Shown here: positions 26,429 through 35,201 of the stretch, piece by piece
Layout: the number at the start of each line of letters is the position of its first letter
Numbering within the stretch: position 1 is the stretch's first letter
From: a virus
Lineage: Duplodnaviria; Caudoviricetes
Strand: one strand, 5' to 3'
IMG/VR virus record: IMGVR_UViG_3300044844_001006
Span: 1 to 62,215 of that record
DNA: 62,215 nt
Translations under genes and position numbers: made by a program
Notes under the pieces: model-generated
Database searches by the model: none
What the model saw: the letters and a program-made list of their open reading frames with translations, nothing else
What the model was told of the DNA's origin: nothing

Positions 26429-27447
26429 GCGGCCACCCCGGCAAACAGGTCGGGCTGGACTGCCTTCAGAGATTGCGTCCCGACGCGGTGCCAGTGATAG
26501 CAGCGCTCAATGCCGATGAACTCCCGGCCCAAGGCAAGACAGGCTTGGCCCGTTGCCCCGCTACCAGCAAACGAGTCAAGCACCACGGCGCCGGGCTTGG
26601 TGCTGCTGCTGATGATGTGCCGCAGCAGGGCCTGGGGCTTCTCGCATGGGTGCTTCCCTGGCCGTGGCTGCACGGTGCGGAAGGTCCAAACATCGGTGAA
26701 CGGATCAAAGCGGGTGACGTTGAACGGGCGGCGGAGATCCTCGTAGTTGCGGCGGAGATCCTCGTAGTCGCGGCGGAGATCCTCGTAGTCGCGGCGGAGA
26801 TACTCGTGCCCTGGGCCATTGTTGAACAAGTGCCGCAGCTTGGCGTAGGCGTCTTCGGTGGGCAGCGCCCATTGGCTGGCCCCGAAATAATGGCCAGCCA
26901 TGCCCGACGTGCCCAAGCACTCGTCAACCTGCCGGTTTGTGATGCCTGCCCTGTCGCGCTCCTGAAGCAAGTACTGGCGCAACGGCTCAAACACGCCAGC
27001 GCGAAGCTCTGCGCATTGATCAGCCCAACCTGACCCGTGGAGGGCTGAGCCATCCGCCCCGAACTGCTCGGCAAAGATCACCGCTTCCCACGGCGACATG
27101 TAAGACCGCAGTGCCTCCTTTTCTGCCTTTTCATGCCATCCCTGGGCCTTGGTCCACCGGATGTTGTTCAACACCTGGAACCGCTGCCCCAGCATCACCT
27201 CAACCCGTGCCGCCATCTGCGGGGAAGCAAAGCAATAGAGCGACCCGTTGGGCTTGAGAACCCGCTGCCACTGCTCGGCCACCTGATCTAGCCAAGCAAG
27301 AAAAGCGGCCGGGTCGTCCCATTGGCGATCCCAGTCCTCGTCCTTGACGCGGTAGTACGGCGGATCGGTCACCACCGCATCCACGCTGCAATCCGGCATG
27401 GTGCGCAGCACGTCGAGGCAGTCGCCAAGGTGGAGCTGAGCGTTCAT
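26425..27447 (-). CDS. DNA methyltransferase (N6A/N4C, beta class)
   Basis: TDPPY, HPCEKP and VLDSFAGSG motifs. Confidence 0.93.
   Translation of the reverse strand: MNAQLHLGDCLDVLRTMPDCSVDAVVTDPPYYRVKDEDWDRQWDDPAAFLAWLDQVAEQWQRVLKPNGSLYCFASPQMAARVEVMLGQRFQVLNNIRWTKAQGWHEKAEKEALRSYMSPWEAVIFAEQFGADGSALHGSGWADQCAELRAGVFEPLRQYLLQERDRAGITNRQVDECLGTSGMAGHYFGASQWALPTEDAYAKLRHLFNNGPGHEYLRRDYEDLRRDYEDLRRNYEDLRRPFNVTRFDPFTDVWTFRTVQPRPGKHPCEKPQALLRHIISSSTKPGAVVLDSFAGSGATGQACLALGREFIGIERCYHWHRVGTQSLKAVQPDLFAGVAA
26729..26800. repeat. 21-bp in-frame tandem repeat (RRDYEDL x3) in the methyltransferase
   Basis: GCGGCGGAGATCCTCGTAGT(C/T) repeated about 3.5 times. Confidence 0.9.
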
Positions 27448-27722
27448 CCCACCGGCCCCACGCGATACACCGCCCAATAGGCGCCGGGCCCTGGGTGGTC
27501 CGTAACGTCAATCAACTGATGCTCACGTAATGCCGCAATCCGCCTGCTCACGGTGGACTGCGAACACTGCCAGCGGGTCATCATCTCGGCGGTGGTGATC
27601 TCCGGGACACCGCCTGCCGCAATGCGCAAGCCAAGCCATTCAGCCAGCTCCAGGCAATCAAGTAGGGTGCCTTCACTCACGTAGGGCCGTCGTGCCAGCA
27701 GGGTGCGGACGAGATCGGTCAT
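27444..27722 (-). CDS. Winged-helix HTH protein
   Basis: TTAEMMTRWQCSQSTVSRRIAALREHQLI. Confidence 0.7.
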   Translation of the reverse strand: MTDLVRTLLARRPYVSEGTLLDCLELAEWLGLRIAAGGVPEITTAEMMTRWQCSQSTVSRRIAALREHQLIDVTDHPGPGAYWAVYRVGPVG

Positions 27723-27946
27723 CAGCGACGCCTCCAGAAGTCTGGATTCATCAGCAACTCAGCCGTTGAGACCAACAACCAGAGCGCACCGACCAGCATC
27801 ACGCCGCCAGCAAGCATCTCAAGGCCGTTTGGCCCGCCTACGGGAGGTGCGCCAACCTCGGACCTTAGGTCACTTTGAGCAGCGCTGATAATCCTTGCGC
27901 CACTTTGGGCGGCGGCGTTGATTACAAAGATCGATGCCCCTGTCAT
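27722..27946 (-). CDS. Small membrane protein
   Basis: One hydrophobic segment followed by a basic C terminus. Coupled to both neighbours. Confidence 0.5.
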   Translation of the reverse strand: MTGASIFVINAAAQSGARIISAAQSDLRSEVGAPPVGGPNGLEMLAGGVMLVGALWLLVSTAELLMNPDFWRRR

Positions 27947-28467
27947 ATTCCTTCCCCCTCGTCAGCAGGAGGCGTCCCGAGGCCACGGGCCTGGATCTGC
28001 AGCAGCACCCGGCGCTCATCGTCTGGGGTGAGCCCAGCAGAGGCAAGGGCATCCATCACGGTGGCGACGGTCTTGCGCTCTACGCGGCGATCGGCAGCAG
28101 CATCCGAGAAGAAGTCCCGCAGCCTGGGGTGATGCGTCAGCAGCCATGAAGCGGCCCATGCGTTTCCGGGAGTGTCATTGGTGCCTACTGCAGATTTACG
28201 AAGGCCGCCTAAAAGGTTTTGGCACTCTTCCGCATCAGCTAGAAAGATGGCGGCCCGAAACTGGTACTCAAGACTGTCTTCGCCCTTGTTATCCGCGTTT
28301 CTGATCCACGTGTGAGCAGTGGTTCGGCCAATACCAAGCCGATCAGCGATCAGGGCAACAGGAAGCCCGTGGGCTGCTTCTAGACGAGCCGCTTGCACCA
28401 ATTCACTGGTGAGCTTGGTGGGACGGCCGCCAGCAGGCACAGGCGTGGTTGTGTTGCGGTCGCGCAT
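27943..28467 (-). CDS. Terminase small subunit-like HTH protein
   Basis: GRPTKLT...IADRLGIGRTTAHTW...WAASWLL, upstream of terL. Confidence 0.7.
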   Translation of the reverse strand: MRDRNTTTPVPAGGRPTKLTSELVQAARLEAAHGLPVALIADRLGIGRTTAHTWIRNADNKGEDSLEYQFRAAIFLADAEECQNLLGGLRKSAVGTNDTPGNAWAASWLLTHHPRLRDFFSDAAADRRVERKTVATVMDALASAGLTPDDERRVLLQIQARGLGTPPADEGEGI

Positions 28468-28519
28468 AGTCTAAGCCATAATTGCCGTTTGGGAACGGCA
28501 ACGGCTACCCACGCAAGCG

Positions 28520-29236
28520 CTAGACCTTGGCGAGAGTGACGCCAGCCGCCTGCCCTTGGTATTTGCCATCACCGTAGGGGTTATCGCAGGGCACCCCTTC
28601 GTAGAAGAGTGCTTGGCAGATCCCTTCATTGGCATAGATGCGGCAGTCGGAGCCGCTGCTGTTGCTGATCTCCAGGGTTAGATAACCTTCCCAGCCGGCT
28701 TCACCTGGGGTGAGGTTCACGATGATGCCGCAGCGGGCGTAGGTGCTCTTGCCGATGAACTGGGCGGTGACATTGGATGGGAGCTTGAGGTAGGGGATTA
28801 CTGCCCCAAGGCCGTAGGTGTGGCCGGGGAGGATGAAGTAGTCACCATCCCGCTCATCGTGGTGCAGCTCTGCGTGAGCCAGGCAGCGGTCATCAAAGTT
28901 CTTCGGGTCAACGATCAAGCCAGGGACGTGCCGGAAGATGCGGAAGTCCGTAGGCGAAAGCGTGAGATCGTAGCCGTAGGAGCTGGTGCCGTAGCTGATG
29001 ACCGGTCGCTGGAAGTGGCCGTAGGGGGCGCTGCCGGGAAGCGGGTTTTCCACCTGCCGAATCTTCCCCGGCTCAAACGGGGTGATCATGCCCCGCTCTG
29101 CAAGCTGGCGGATGCGCCAATCGGGGATCGGGCCGCCGGGGCAGGGAATGTAGATCGGGGCGTCGTTTGGGAAGCGGGTCTTTTTTCGCTCGGGTGTGGC
29201 GGTCATTTGGTGATGGGGTTGGGTGGGGTCGGTCAT
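28520..29236 (-). CDS. dcd: dCTP deaminase
   Basis: ISYGTSSYGYDL, GKSTYARCG, TPGEAGWEGYLTLE, YANEGICQ and KYQGQ motifs. Confidence 0.95.
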   Translation of the reverse strand: MTDPTQPHHQMTATPERKKTRFPNDAPIYIPCPGGPIPDWRIRQLAERGMITPFEPGKIRQVENPLPGSAPYGHFQRPVISYGTSSYGYDLTLSPTDFRIFRHVPGLIVDPKNFDDRCLAHAELHHDERDGDYFILPGHTYGLGAVIPYLKLPSNVTAQFIGKSTYARCGIIVNLTPGEAGWEGYLTLEISNSSGSDCRIYANEGICQALFYEGVPCDNPYGDGKYQGQAAGVTLAKV

Positions 29237-29535
29237 GGTTCGGACGGGGGCGGGGTCGGCGGGCTCAGCTGGGTTTGGCCCTCGTCCATGCGGATCGGAT
29301 CATCAAGCCAGGCTCGCCGGACCTGCTCCTGCTCCCATGCCCAGTAGCGGATCAACTGGGCCGCCAGCGGCTGCTCAGGCGGTCCAGCCGGTGATGCTGG
29401 CTTGCGGCCCGACGGCGGTGGGTTACTGCCACGGCGACGGGCGTTGGACTCTCGCCAGTAGCCGCTACGGCGGAGGGATGTGAGAACCCAGGCCAGGTTG
29501 GCGCCAAGGACGAGGCCGAGCAGAAAAGTGCCCAT
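29233..29535 (-). CDS. Small membrane-anchored hypothetical protein
   Basis: Begins MGTFLLGLVLGANLAWVL. Coupled to neighbours. Confidence 0.5.
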   Translation of the reverse strand: MGTFLLGLVLGANLAWVLTSLRRSGYWRESNARRRGSNPPPSGRKPASPAGPPEQPLAAQLIRYWAWEQEQVRRAWLDDPIRMDEGQTQLSPPTPPPSEP

Positions 29536-29930
29536 CACTGCCCCTCCTGCACGGTTTGCGCGGTTCCCGGATGGCACCCGACCCCGTCGAGCCAGTCGGC
29601 TACCTGGGAGGAGCCCCCGTGGCGCTCGCGGAGTTGCCGAGCGATCTCGTGGGCCACGGCGGCGGAGTCGCGGCGGCAGTCGGCGCAGATCGCCTCGACC
29701 GGGCATGGACCGCCGACTGGGCAAGCGCCACGGCACACCGCTAGGGCCAAGCGATCGGCGGGGGTGAGTTGAGTTGCCGGGGATTGCTCGATTGCCGGGG
29801 GTGCTGGCCACGGCAAACCAGCCTGAGGGGCTGGGATCGGCCGCCAGGGGCCGTTTTGGTCGTCGGCTCCGTGCCAGCCGTCAGATCTCTTCCAAACGTA
29901 GCGGGGAAGGTCGGGGAGGCATTCAAACAT
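29535..29930 (-). CDS. Hypothetical protein with a Cys cluster
   Basis: MFECLPD...CRGAC..C...CADC. Confidence 0.55.
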   Translation of the reverse strand: MFECLPDLPRYVWKRSDGWHGADDQNGPWRPIPAPQAGLPWPAPPAIEQSPATQLTPADRLALAVCRGACPVGGPCPVEAICADCRRDSAAVAHEIARQLRERHGGSSQVADWLDGVGCHPGTAQTVQEGQ

Positions 29931-30912
29931 TGGAGGGCTCCAGTTCGGCGGCGATGTCAATAAGTTTGCGGCGAGCATCAAGTATGACCCTGTTGGCATC
30001 ACACCATTCCTGAGCGGTTACACCTTGCCCTATTTCAAATGATGGCAGTGGCAGTATGTGCTCCATTGAGGCCAAAAACGCAGCGGCTAACCCGTGTTCC
30101 AGGCTGACCGCGACGTTGGCCAGGAAGTCGTCTTTGGCCGCCTGCGCGGCGGGGGAAAGTGGTTTGCTCACGCCTCCACCTCCCCCGGCCTGGGGCAGCG
30201 GGATGGCTGGCGGGGCGGGACGGCCCCAGCGGGCGAGGGCTCGAAACACGATTCCTGTTAGCTCATCCCTTGATGCGCCATTCCAGAGCGGAAGCCGGTT
30301 AATCCATTCGGCAACATCTCGCTCACTCGGCGGCGCTGGTGGGGCGGCGGGGCGGCCATTGCGATCAGCGGCGATAGCGCGGACTTGGGCCCATGCCAAC
30401 TGCTCAGACGAGTCCAGGGATTCCCACTTGTTATACTCATCGGCCTGAGTATTCCACTGGGTCTGCAGCTCATGCTCTGAATAGAGGCCGGGCGGGATCT
30501 GCTCTGACGTGGTTGCAAGGGCAATAAGGCGGAGGTCGAAGTTGGATGCCTCCCGCGCTGGCGGGGTGGCGGGGCGAGCAGCCAGCACAGCCCGGAGACC
30601 CCGAAGGTGGATCTCATCGGCGGTGCCGCCCTCGGCGCTGCATGCCTGGTAAAAAGTCTGCAGCAGCTCCAGAGCCTCCCCCTGGTGCTCAGGGTCGATG
30701 TAGTTGGCGGGCAAGGTTGGTGGGGTGGCGGGATGTCCCCAGCGGGCGAGGGCGGCGTAAACCAGGGCGGGCACATCCTCAGGCGCAACCCCTATCCGCA
30801 GGTCTCCTAGGTCGCTGGAGTGCTGCTGCGTCAGCTCGGCAATCTCGGCGAGGCTCGGCCCCTCCCCCTCCGGCTGGGCAAGCTGGTTGATGTGTTCGGG
30901 GTTGGTGCTCAT
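29923..30912 (-). CDS. Modular hypothetical protein, possibly two genes fused across a G-tract
   Basis: 329 aa with repeated ARWG(H/R)PA/Pro-rich linkers. Internal GTGA-type start at about 30172. Confidence 0.6.
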   Translation of the reverse strand: MSTNPEHINQLAQPEGEGPSLAEIAELTQQHSSDLGDLRIGVAPEDVPALVYAALARWGHPATPPTLPANYIDPEHQGEALELLQTFYQACSAEGGTADEIHLRGLRAVLAARPATPPAREASNFDLRLIALATTSEQIPPGLYSEHELQTQWNTQADEYNKWESLDSSEQLAWAQVRAIAADRNGRPAAPPAPPSERDVAEWINRLPLWNGASRDELTGIVFRALARWGRPAPPAIPLPQAGGGGGVSKPLSPAAQAAKDDFLANVAVSLEHGLAAAFLASMEHILPLPSFEIGQGVTAQEWCDANRVILDARRKLIDIAAELEPSNV

Positions 30913-31316
30913 GTTGCCTCCGTAGTGGCGGCGACTTCCTGTTCAACCCGCAGAGCCCAGCCCCACGGGTTGCGGCCGGCATCAATGCCAGCATGAAAAA
31001 TATCAACCAGCATAGCATAAAGCTCTATCTTCTCTGTAATTGTTAAGTCAATTTCATCTAGCTTACGCTTGGCTAGTTGATCTTGATACCAAAGCTCAAA
31101 AGCCGCAAAGTCTCGCCAGTAATCATCAGCCGCATCACCTTTGCTCCATGGGCTCACGGGCCAACTGTGCTGTTCTGGCCAGGTTTCATCCCAACCGCAG
31201 CGGCCAGGGCAAAAGCTGGTACAGGACTCGCCGGACTGCTGGAAGAACCCTCCGCGATCGGAGTTACGCCACCAGAACCGGCCGATCCGGCCGCCGTGGC
31301 AGTTGATTTCAATCAT
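30909..31316 (-). CDS. Hypothetical protein
   Basis: 135 aa, overlap-coupled in the minus-strand operon. Confidence 0.55.
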   Translation of the reverse strand: MIEINCHGGRIGRFWWRNSDRGGFFQQSGESCTSFCPGRCGWDETWPEQHSWPVSPWSKGDAADDYWRDFAAFELWYQDQLAKRKLDEIDLTITEKIELYAMLVDIFHAGIDAGRNPWGWALRVEQEVAATTEAT

Positions 31317-31909
31317 CGATTAGCCTCCTCACGCAGCAGCAGCGAGCAAGCGTGTTGGCCCTGCAGATCAAACCACGCGGCCACCTCGCGAATCGCGGCG
31401 CGGGCAGTCCCATCCCCGTAATGCCCAAGCACGTTCGCTACCCGCTCCACCAACCCCCCAACAGGCGCGGCCGGTGGTGCGGGCTGGGGGATTGGGGGCT
31501 GGGCGGCGCCGTGCTGGCGGCCGAGGTTGTAGACGGCGCGTAAAGCTGGAACGAGGCCGTCAACTTCATGCCATAGATCAATCAATTCGTCATCCGTAAC
31601 TACCGGGGCGACCTCGGGGGTGGGCTGAGCAGCCAGCTCAACGGTGCCGGGGATCGGGCGCTGCTCCAGGGCCATGATCCGCTTCAAGTGATCGTCACTC
31701 CAGCGCATCAACTTGTCCACGTCCTTGCCCCATTCGAGGGTGGCCAGCCGCTGGGTTTCGTATTTCTTCTCAAGTGCCTCCAGCCGCTCCAGCAGATGCA
31801 GCAACACTTGAGCGGTGACGCCGCCATCAAGCCTGGCGGTCTGGCGCAGCCAAGCCAGGGTTTCGGGGGGAAGTGGTCGGAGAGCGGTCTCGGGCGGAGT
31901 GTTGCTCAC
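31313..31909 (-). CDS. Hypothetical protein
   Basis: 198 aa, overlap-coupled, with a C-terminal ARAAIREVAAW module. Confidence 0.65.
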   Translation of the reverse strand: MSNTPPETALRPLPPETLAWLRQTARLDGGVTAQVLLHLLERLEALEKKYETQRLATLEWGKDVDKLMRWSDDHLKRIMALEQRPIPGTVELAAQPTPEVAPVVTDDELIDLWHEVDGLVPALRAVYNLGRQHGAAQPPIPQPAPPAAPVGGLVERVANVLGHYGDGTARAAIREVAAWFDLQGQHACSLLLREEANR

Positions 31910-32072
31910 GGCTTTACCTCCAGGGGTAAAATGCGCACTTCCATCCCTTGCGCTAAAAGCTCCTTGGTGCGTTTTGACGCTTCGGAGAACCCCCCAATGC
32001 GTTCAGTGCCGACCAGTGCGCGGCGACCAGGGCCAGGAGTGCGTTTGATGTACCAGCTAATCTGATAGGTCG

Positions 32073-32411
32073 TCATCGAAGGGGATCCTCAAAGGGGTGG
32101 TCGTAGGTGATCATTGGCGGGTCGGTAGGCTGCGGTTGATCGGTCGGAAGTACCGGGATTCCGTTAAAAGTGGGTAGGCCACTTGCATTGCGGGCTATAA
32201 AGTCGGCAAACAGCTCGTCATCGGACAGGGGAGCTGCCCATTCCCCGCACCAATCGCTAGGCATAACGAGGGGCCATTCAGCCCATACCTCGTCTTGGGT
32301 CGCTTGCGATGGCTTGGGGGCATAGCGGTTGCAGGTTCCTTCATTGGCGCTGACCATCACGCTGAAACGACAGTTAGCGCAGCACGAAGCGATGTCGATT
32401 GCGTCACTCAT
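32073..32411 (-). CDS. Cys-rich hypothetical protein
   Basis: CANCRF...CNRYAP...WPLV...DWCGEW. Confidence 0.7.
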   Translation of the reverse strand: MSDAIDIASCCANCRFSVMVSANEGTCNRYAPKPSQATQDEVWAEWPLVMPSDWCGEWAAPLSDDELFADFIARNASGLPTFNGIPVLPTDQPQPTDPPMITYDHPFEDPLR

Positions 32412-32636
32412 CGGACCATCGGTGCTACGTGGCGTTGGTGCAGCAGTTGCTGATTGGCGTCCTGTAAGGCTAAAGCTTGACCGAGGATGACAGCTCCTAG
32501 GAACAGCAGGAGAGCCAGGATAGCGGGCCCTACTCGGCTATCGGTGGTTTCACTGCGGGGCGTTGCTTGGAGTAGCGACGCTGCGTGATCCAGAGGAGAA
32601 GTAGAGCGGCGGCGATGAATCGGGGGAAGGGACGGC

Positions 32637-32843
32637 TCAAGAGAGTTGCCCGCAGAGGCTGATGGCTTCACAGCGAAGGACAACGGCGCCGGGGTGGCGG
32701 GCTTCAAAGGCTTGCTTAGCGTCGTGAGCGCTCCAGCCGTCAGGCGTGATCCATTCGGTGTGCAGGGAGTCGCTGGACTGGAAGATGCTGGGGAGGATGG
32801 AGGTTGCACGAGACGGGTTGTGGTAAGTGAGTGAGAAGACCAT
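32637..32843 (-). CDS. Small hypothetical protein
   Basis: 68-aa ORF in the operon. Confidence 0.45.
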   Translation of the reverse strand: MVFSLTYHNPSRATSILPSIFQSSDSLHTEWITPDGWSAHDAKQAFEARHPGAVVLRCEAISLCGQLS

Positions 32844-32846
32844 GGA

Positions 32847-33110
32847 TCAAACCAGCTCCTTACCGGTACAGGAGGGGAAGTCCGGCAGGTAGCACGCAGG
32901 GGGAAGGGGTGGTAGCGATGCGTTGGTGAGGAGGGAGCTGATGGTGTGAAGCCGCCTGCGCCAGTTCGTGAGAGCTAAGGGATCCACCGGCTTGCCGTCC
33001 TCGCGGCTGTTGTCCTCAAGAGCGCGGGCGGCGGATTCGGCATCGGCCAGCAGTTGATCCAGCGCGGTGGCTACCGGCTGCTGGCGGGGGGTGTGGTTAA
33101 TCGTGGGCAT
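32847..33110 (-). CDS. Hypothetical protein
   Basis: 87 aa, ATG after a C-rich leader. Confidence 0.55.
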   Translation of the reverse strand: MPTINHTPRQQPVATALDQLLADAESAARALEDNSREDGKPVDPLALTNWRRRLHTISSLLTNASLPPLPPACYLPDFPSCTGKELV

Positions 33111-33146
33111 TGGTAGCGGGGCGGTGTGGTTTGGGAAGCGCAGCGG

Positions 33147-33386
33147 TCAGGCGTACGCGAAAGCATCTTCCTCAGCCGGCAGGAGCACAGTGAGGCGGTA
33201 AGGCGCCTGGGTCTCGTCGTAGCTAGCCAGGGTGGTGGCTAGGTCTTCGGCGTCGGTGTAGTCGTTGTTGTCGTCGTTTTCGACGTAGAACCAAGGCGCC
33301 AGATCGTCGGATTGCCGCTGCTCGACAATGGAGCAGAGAGGGTGGTCGCTGATGGTCAGCAGGGCATCGGCAAGGAGGGTGGACAT
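33147..33386 (-). CDS. Acidic hypothetical protein
   Basis: MSTLLADALL..., downstream of an ACGGCTTATGAT promoter-like motif. Confidence 0.55.
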   Translation of the reverse strand: MSTLLADALLTISDHPLCSIVEQRQSDDLAPWFYVENDDNNDYTDAEDLATTLASYDETQAPYRLTVLLPAEEDAFAYA

Positions 33387-33537
33387 GGGCGGTCGGGGGG
33401 TGGTGGTGCCGGGTTGTCCCCGGTCCACAAATCATAAGCCGTAAATGCGCTTTCGTAAAGCCCTACCGCCGTTGCGTTTCAGAAACAGTAACAATGGGCG
33501 CCAAAAGGAAAGCCCCGGCGGTTGCCAGGGCCAGGGA

Positions 33538-34155
33538 TCAGGCGGTGAGGGCCACCTCGTATCGGGGGCTAGCCCCGAGCCTGCGGGTGCGCGATCGGTG
33601 CCGCGTCAGGCCATCAAGCACCGTGGTGGCTACCGCCTGCTCCCAGATCGCGAGGGCTTCCTCGTCCGATGCAGCGTGGATCACGATGCGGGCGGCGTTG
33701 AGGCACCCTGCGCGGTTGGCGGTGGGCTGGCGGTGGTTGGTGGTGAGCGGTGGGGCGGGTGGAGCGGGCTGGAACTGCTCCAGGAACCAGCCATCCATCC
33801 AAACGGCAAAGGCGGGGCTGATCCAGCGGGCGAGGTCCACGGCGAGGCGGGGATGGATCCAGGTGCCCCGCAGGTGGTTGGGGCCGGTGCCGATGGAGGT
33901 CACCAACAGGTCGGCCGGAATTCCGGCAGACCCCGAAAGGGCCTGCAGGTACTCGGTTGTGCGCTCGTTGGTTTGGTAGTGGTTCCAGCGGCGACCACCG
34001 GCCTTGCACATCGCCGTAGCGTTCACGTAGCCATCCATCTGGCGCCGTTGGATCGGGTGGCCGTTCCACTCGCGGGCCTCGATCTGGGACTGTGCGGGTT
34101 GCGCGGGGGGCAGGGCGAGGGGTTCGCCGCAGCATTCGCAGGTTGCGCGTTGCAT
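33538..34155 (-). CDS. KilA-N domain protein (antirepressor-like)
   Basis: DGYVNATAMCKAGGRRW...GTWIHPRLAVDLARWISPAFAVWMD. Confidence 0.9.
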   Translation of the reverse strand: MQRATCECCGEPLALPPAQPAQSQIEAREWNGHPIQRRQMDGYVNATAMCKAGGRRWNHYQTNERTTEYLQALSGSAGIPADLLVTSIGTGPNHLRGTWIHPRLAVDLARWISPAFAVWMDGWFLEQFQPAPPAPPLTTNHRQPTANRAGCLNAARIVIHAASDEEALAIWEQAVATTVLDGLTRHRSRTRRLGASPRYEVALTA

Positions 34156-34158
34156 GGC

Positions 34159-34347
34159 TCAGGCCTCCACAAAGGTGAAGGTGGCAGCCAGGTAAGCCGG
34201 GGATGTGGCGCACAGCTCCGCGATAGCGGCGCGGGCCTCGGCTTCGGTTTCAAAGTCGTTGGGGTAGCCAAGCTCCCACAGGGCACGCTCAACATCGGAC
34301 GCGAAAGGGGACCCGCCCGGGGAGGCGGGCATCATGGCCGTTTTCAT
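34159..34347 (-). CDS. Small hypothetical protein
   Basis: ORF directly upstream of the KilA-N gene. Confidence 0.45.
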   Translation of the reverse strand: MKTAMMPASPGGSPFASDVERALWELGYPNDFETEAEARAAIAELCATSPAYLAATFTFVEA

Positions 34348-34552
34348 GGGTAGTTCAGGTGTCGAAAGCATTCGGCACTGCTGCCGAACACCCCGAGCAT
34401 AGCCCAAAGGGAAAGGGCCAGTCATTGGCCAGCCCTCTCCGGTTGAAACCGGGCCTCCAGTACGGTTTCAGGAAGGTGTCGACAGGCACCCTCCACCGCG
34501 TCCGCCCTTACGGGTAGGACCGACCCGGCAGCACCAGGCTACCGGCTGCCGC

Positions 34553-35092
34553 TCATGCGCTCACCCTCTCGCGTGGCAGCTCCAGCCCCAGCCGTTCCAG
34601 GGCCTCCACCACGTCAGTCAGCGAGGTCACGCCGAACTTGCGGATGTCCAGCAGGTCGGTAGGGGTGAGCTGCATCAGGTGGCCCACGGTGTTGATCCGT
34701 GCCCGCTTGAGCAGGTTGTATGCGCGGGCCGTGCGGAGGTCTAGCTGCTCGATCGGCACCGAATCATCGAATGTGGCGGAGATCCCCTGGGGATGACCAG
34801 ATGGCAACGAAACCAGTTGCGCTGCCGTGGTGGCCTTATGCAGCGACCCCTGCAGCTCCGCCAGGCTGGCCTCAAGGCGATCCAGCCGGGTGAGCCATAT
34901 CGATCCAGGCGGGGTGAAGGCTGCGGGCTCGGGCTCTGATTCGGGCTTGCCGGTCCATATCCGCTCCTGCGTGTTGAATCTGGCGCCGCAGGCATGACAC
35001 ACACAGCGGCGCCGCTTCGCTTGCTGCTTGGGCTGGTAGCGGGATTCGATGACCCGGTGACCAGTGGCCTTGCACTCGGGACAGGGGATCAT
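34553..35092 (-). CDS. NrdR-type Zn ribbon fused to an RNA polymerase alpha C-terminal domain
   Basis: CPEC...RVIESR...RRRCVCHACGARFNTQE, plus PIEQLDL..RAYNLLKRARINTVGHL...LLDIRKFGVTSL. Confidence 0.82.
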   Translation of the reverse strand: MIPCPECKATGHRVIESRYQPKQQAKRRRCVCHACGARFNTQERIWTGKPESEPEPAAFTPPGSIWLTRLDRLEASLAELQGSLHKATTAAQLVSLPSGHPQGISATFDDSVPIEQLDLRTARAYNLLKRARINTVGHLMQLTPTDLLDIRKFGVTSLTDVVEALERLGLELPRERVSA

Positions 35093-35201
35093 GGCCGGCC
35101 TCCCCTTATCCACAGGCTGTGAAACCAGATACCGCAGGCGAAGGCTTGCAGCAGCATCAGCTCCAGCACGATGGCCTTGAGGGCCTCGGGTGTGTAGAAG
35201 A

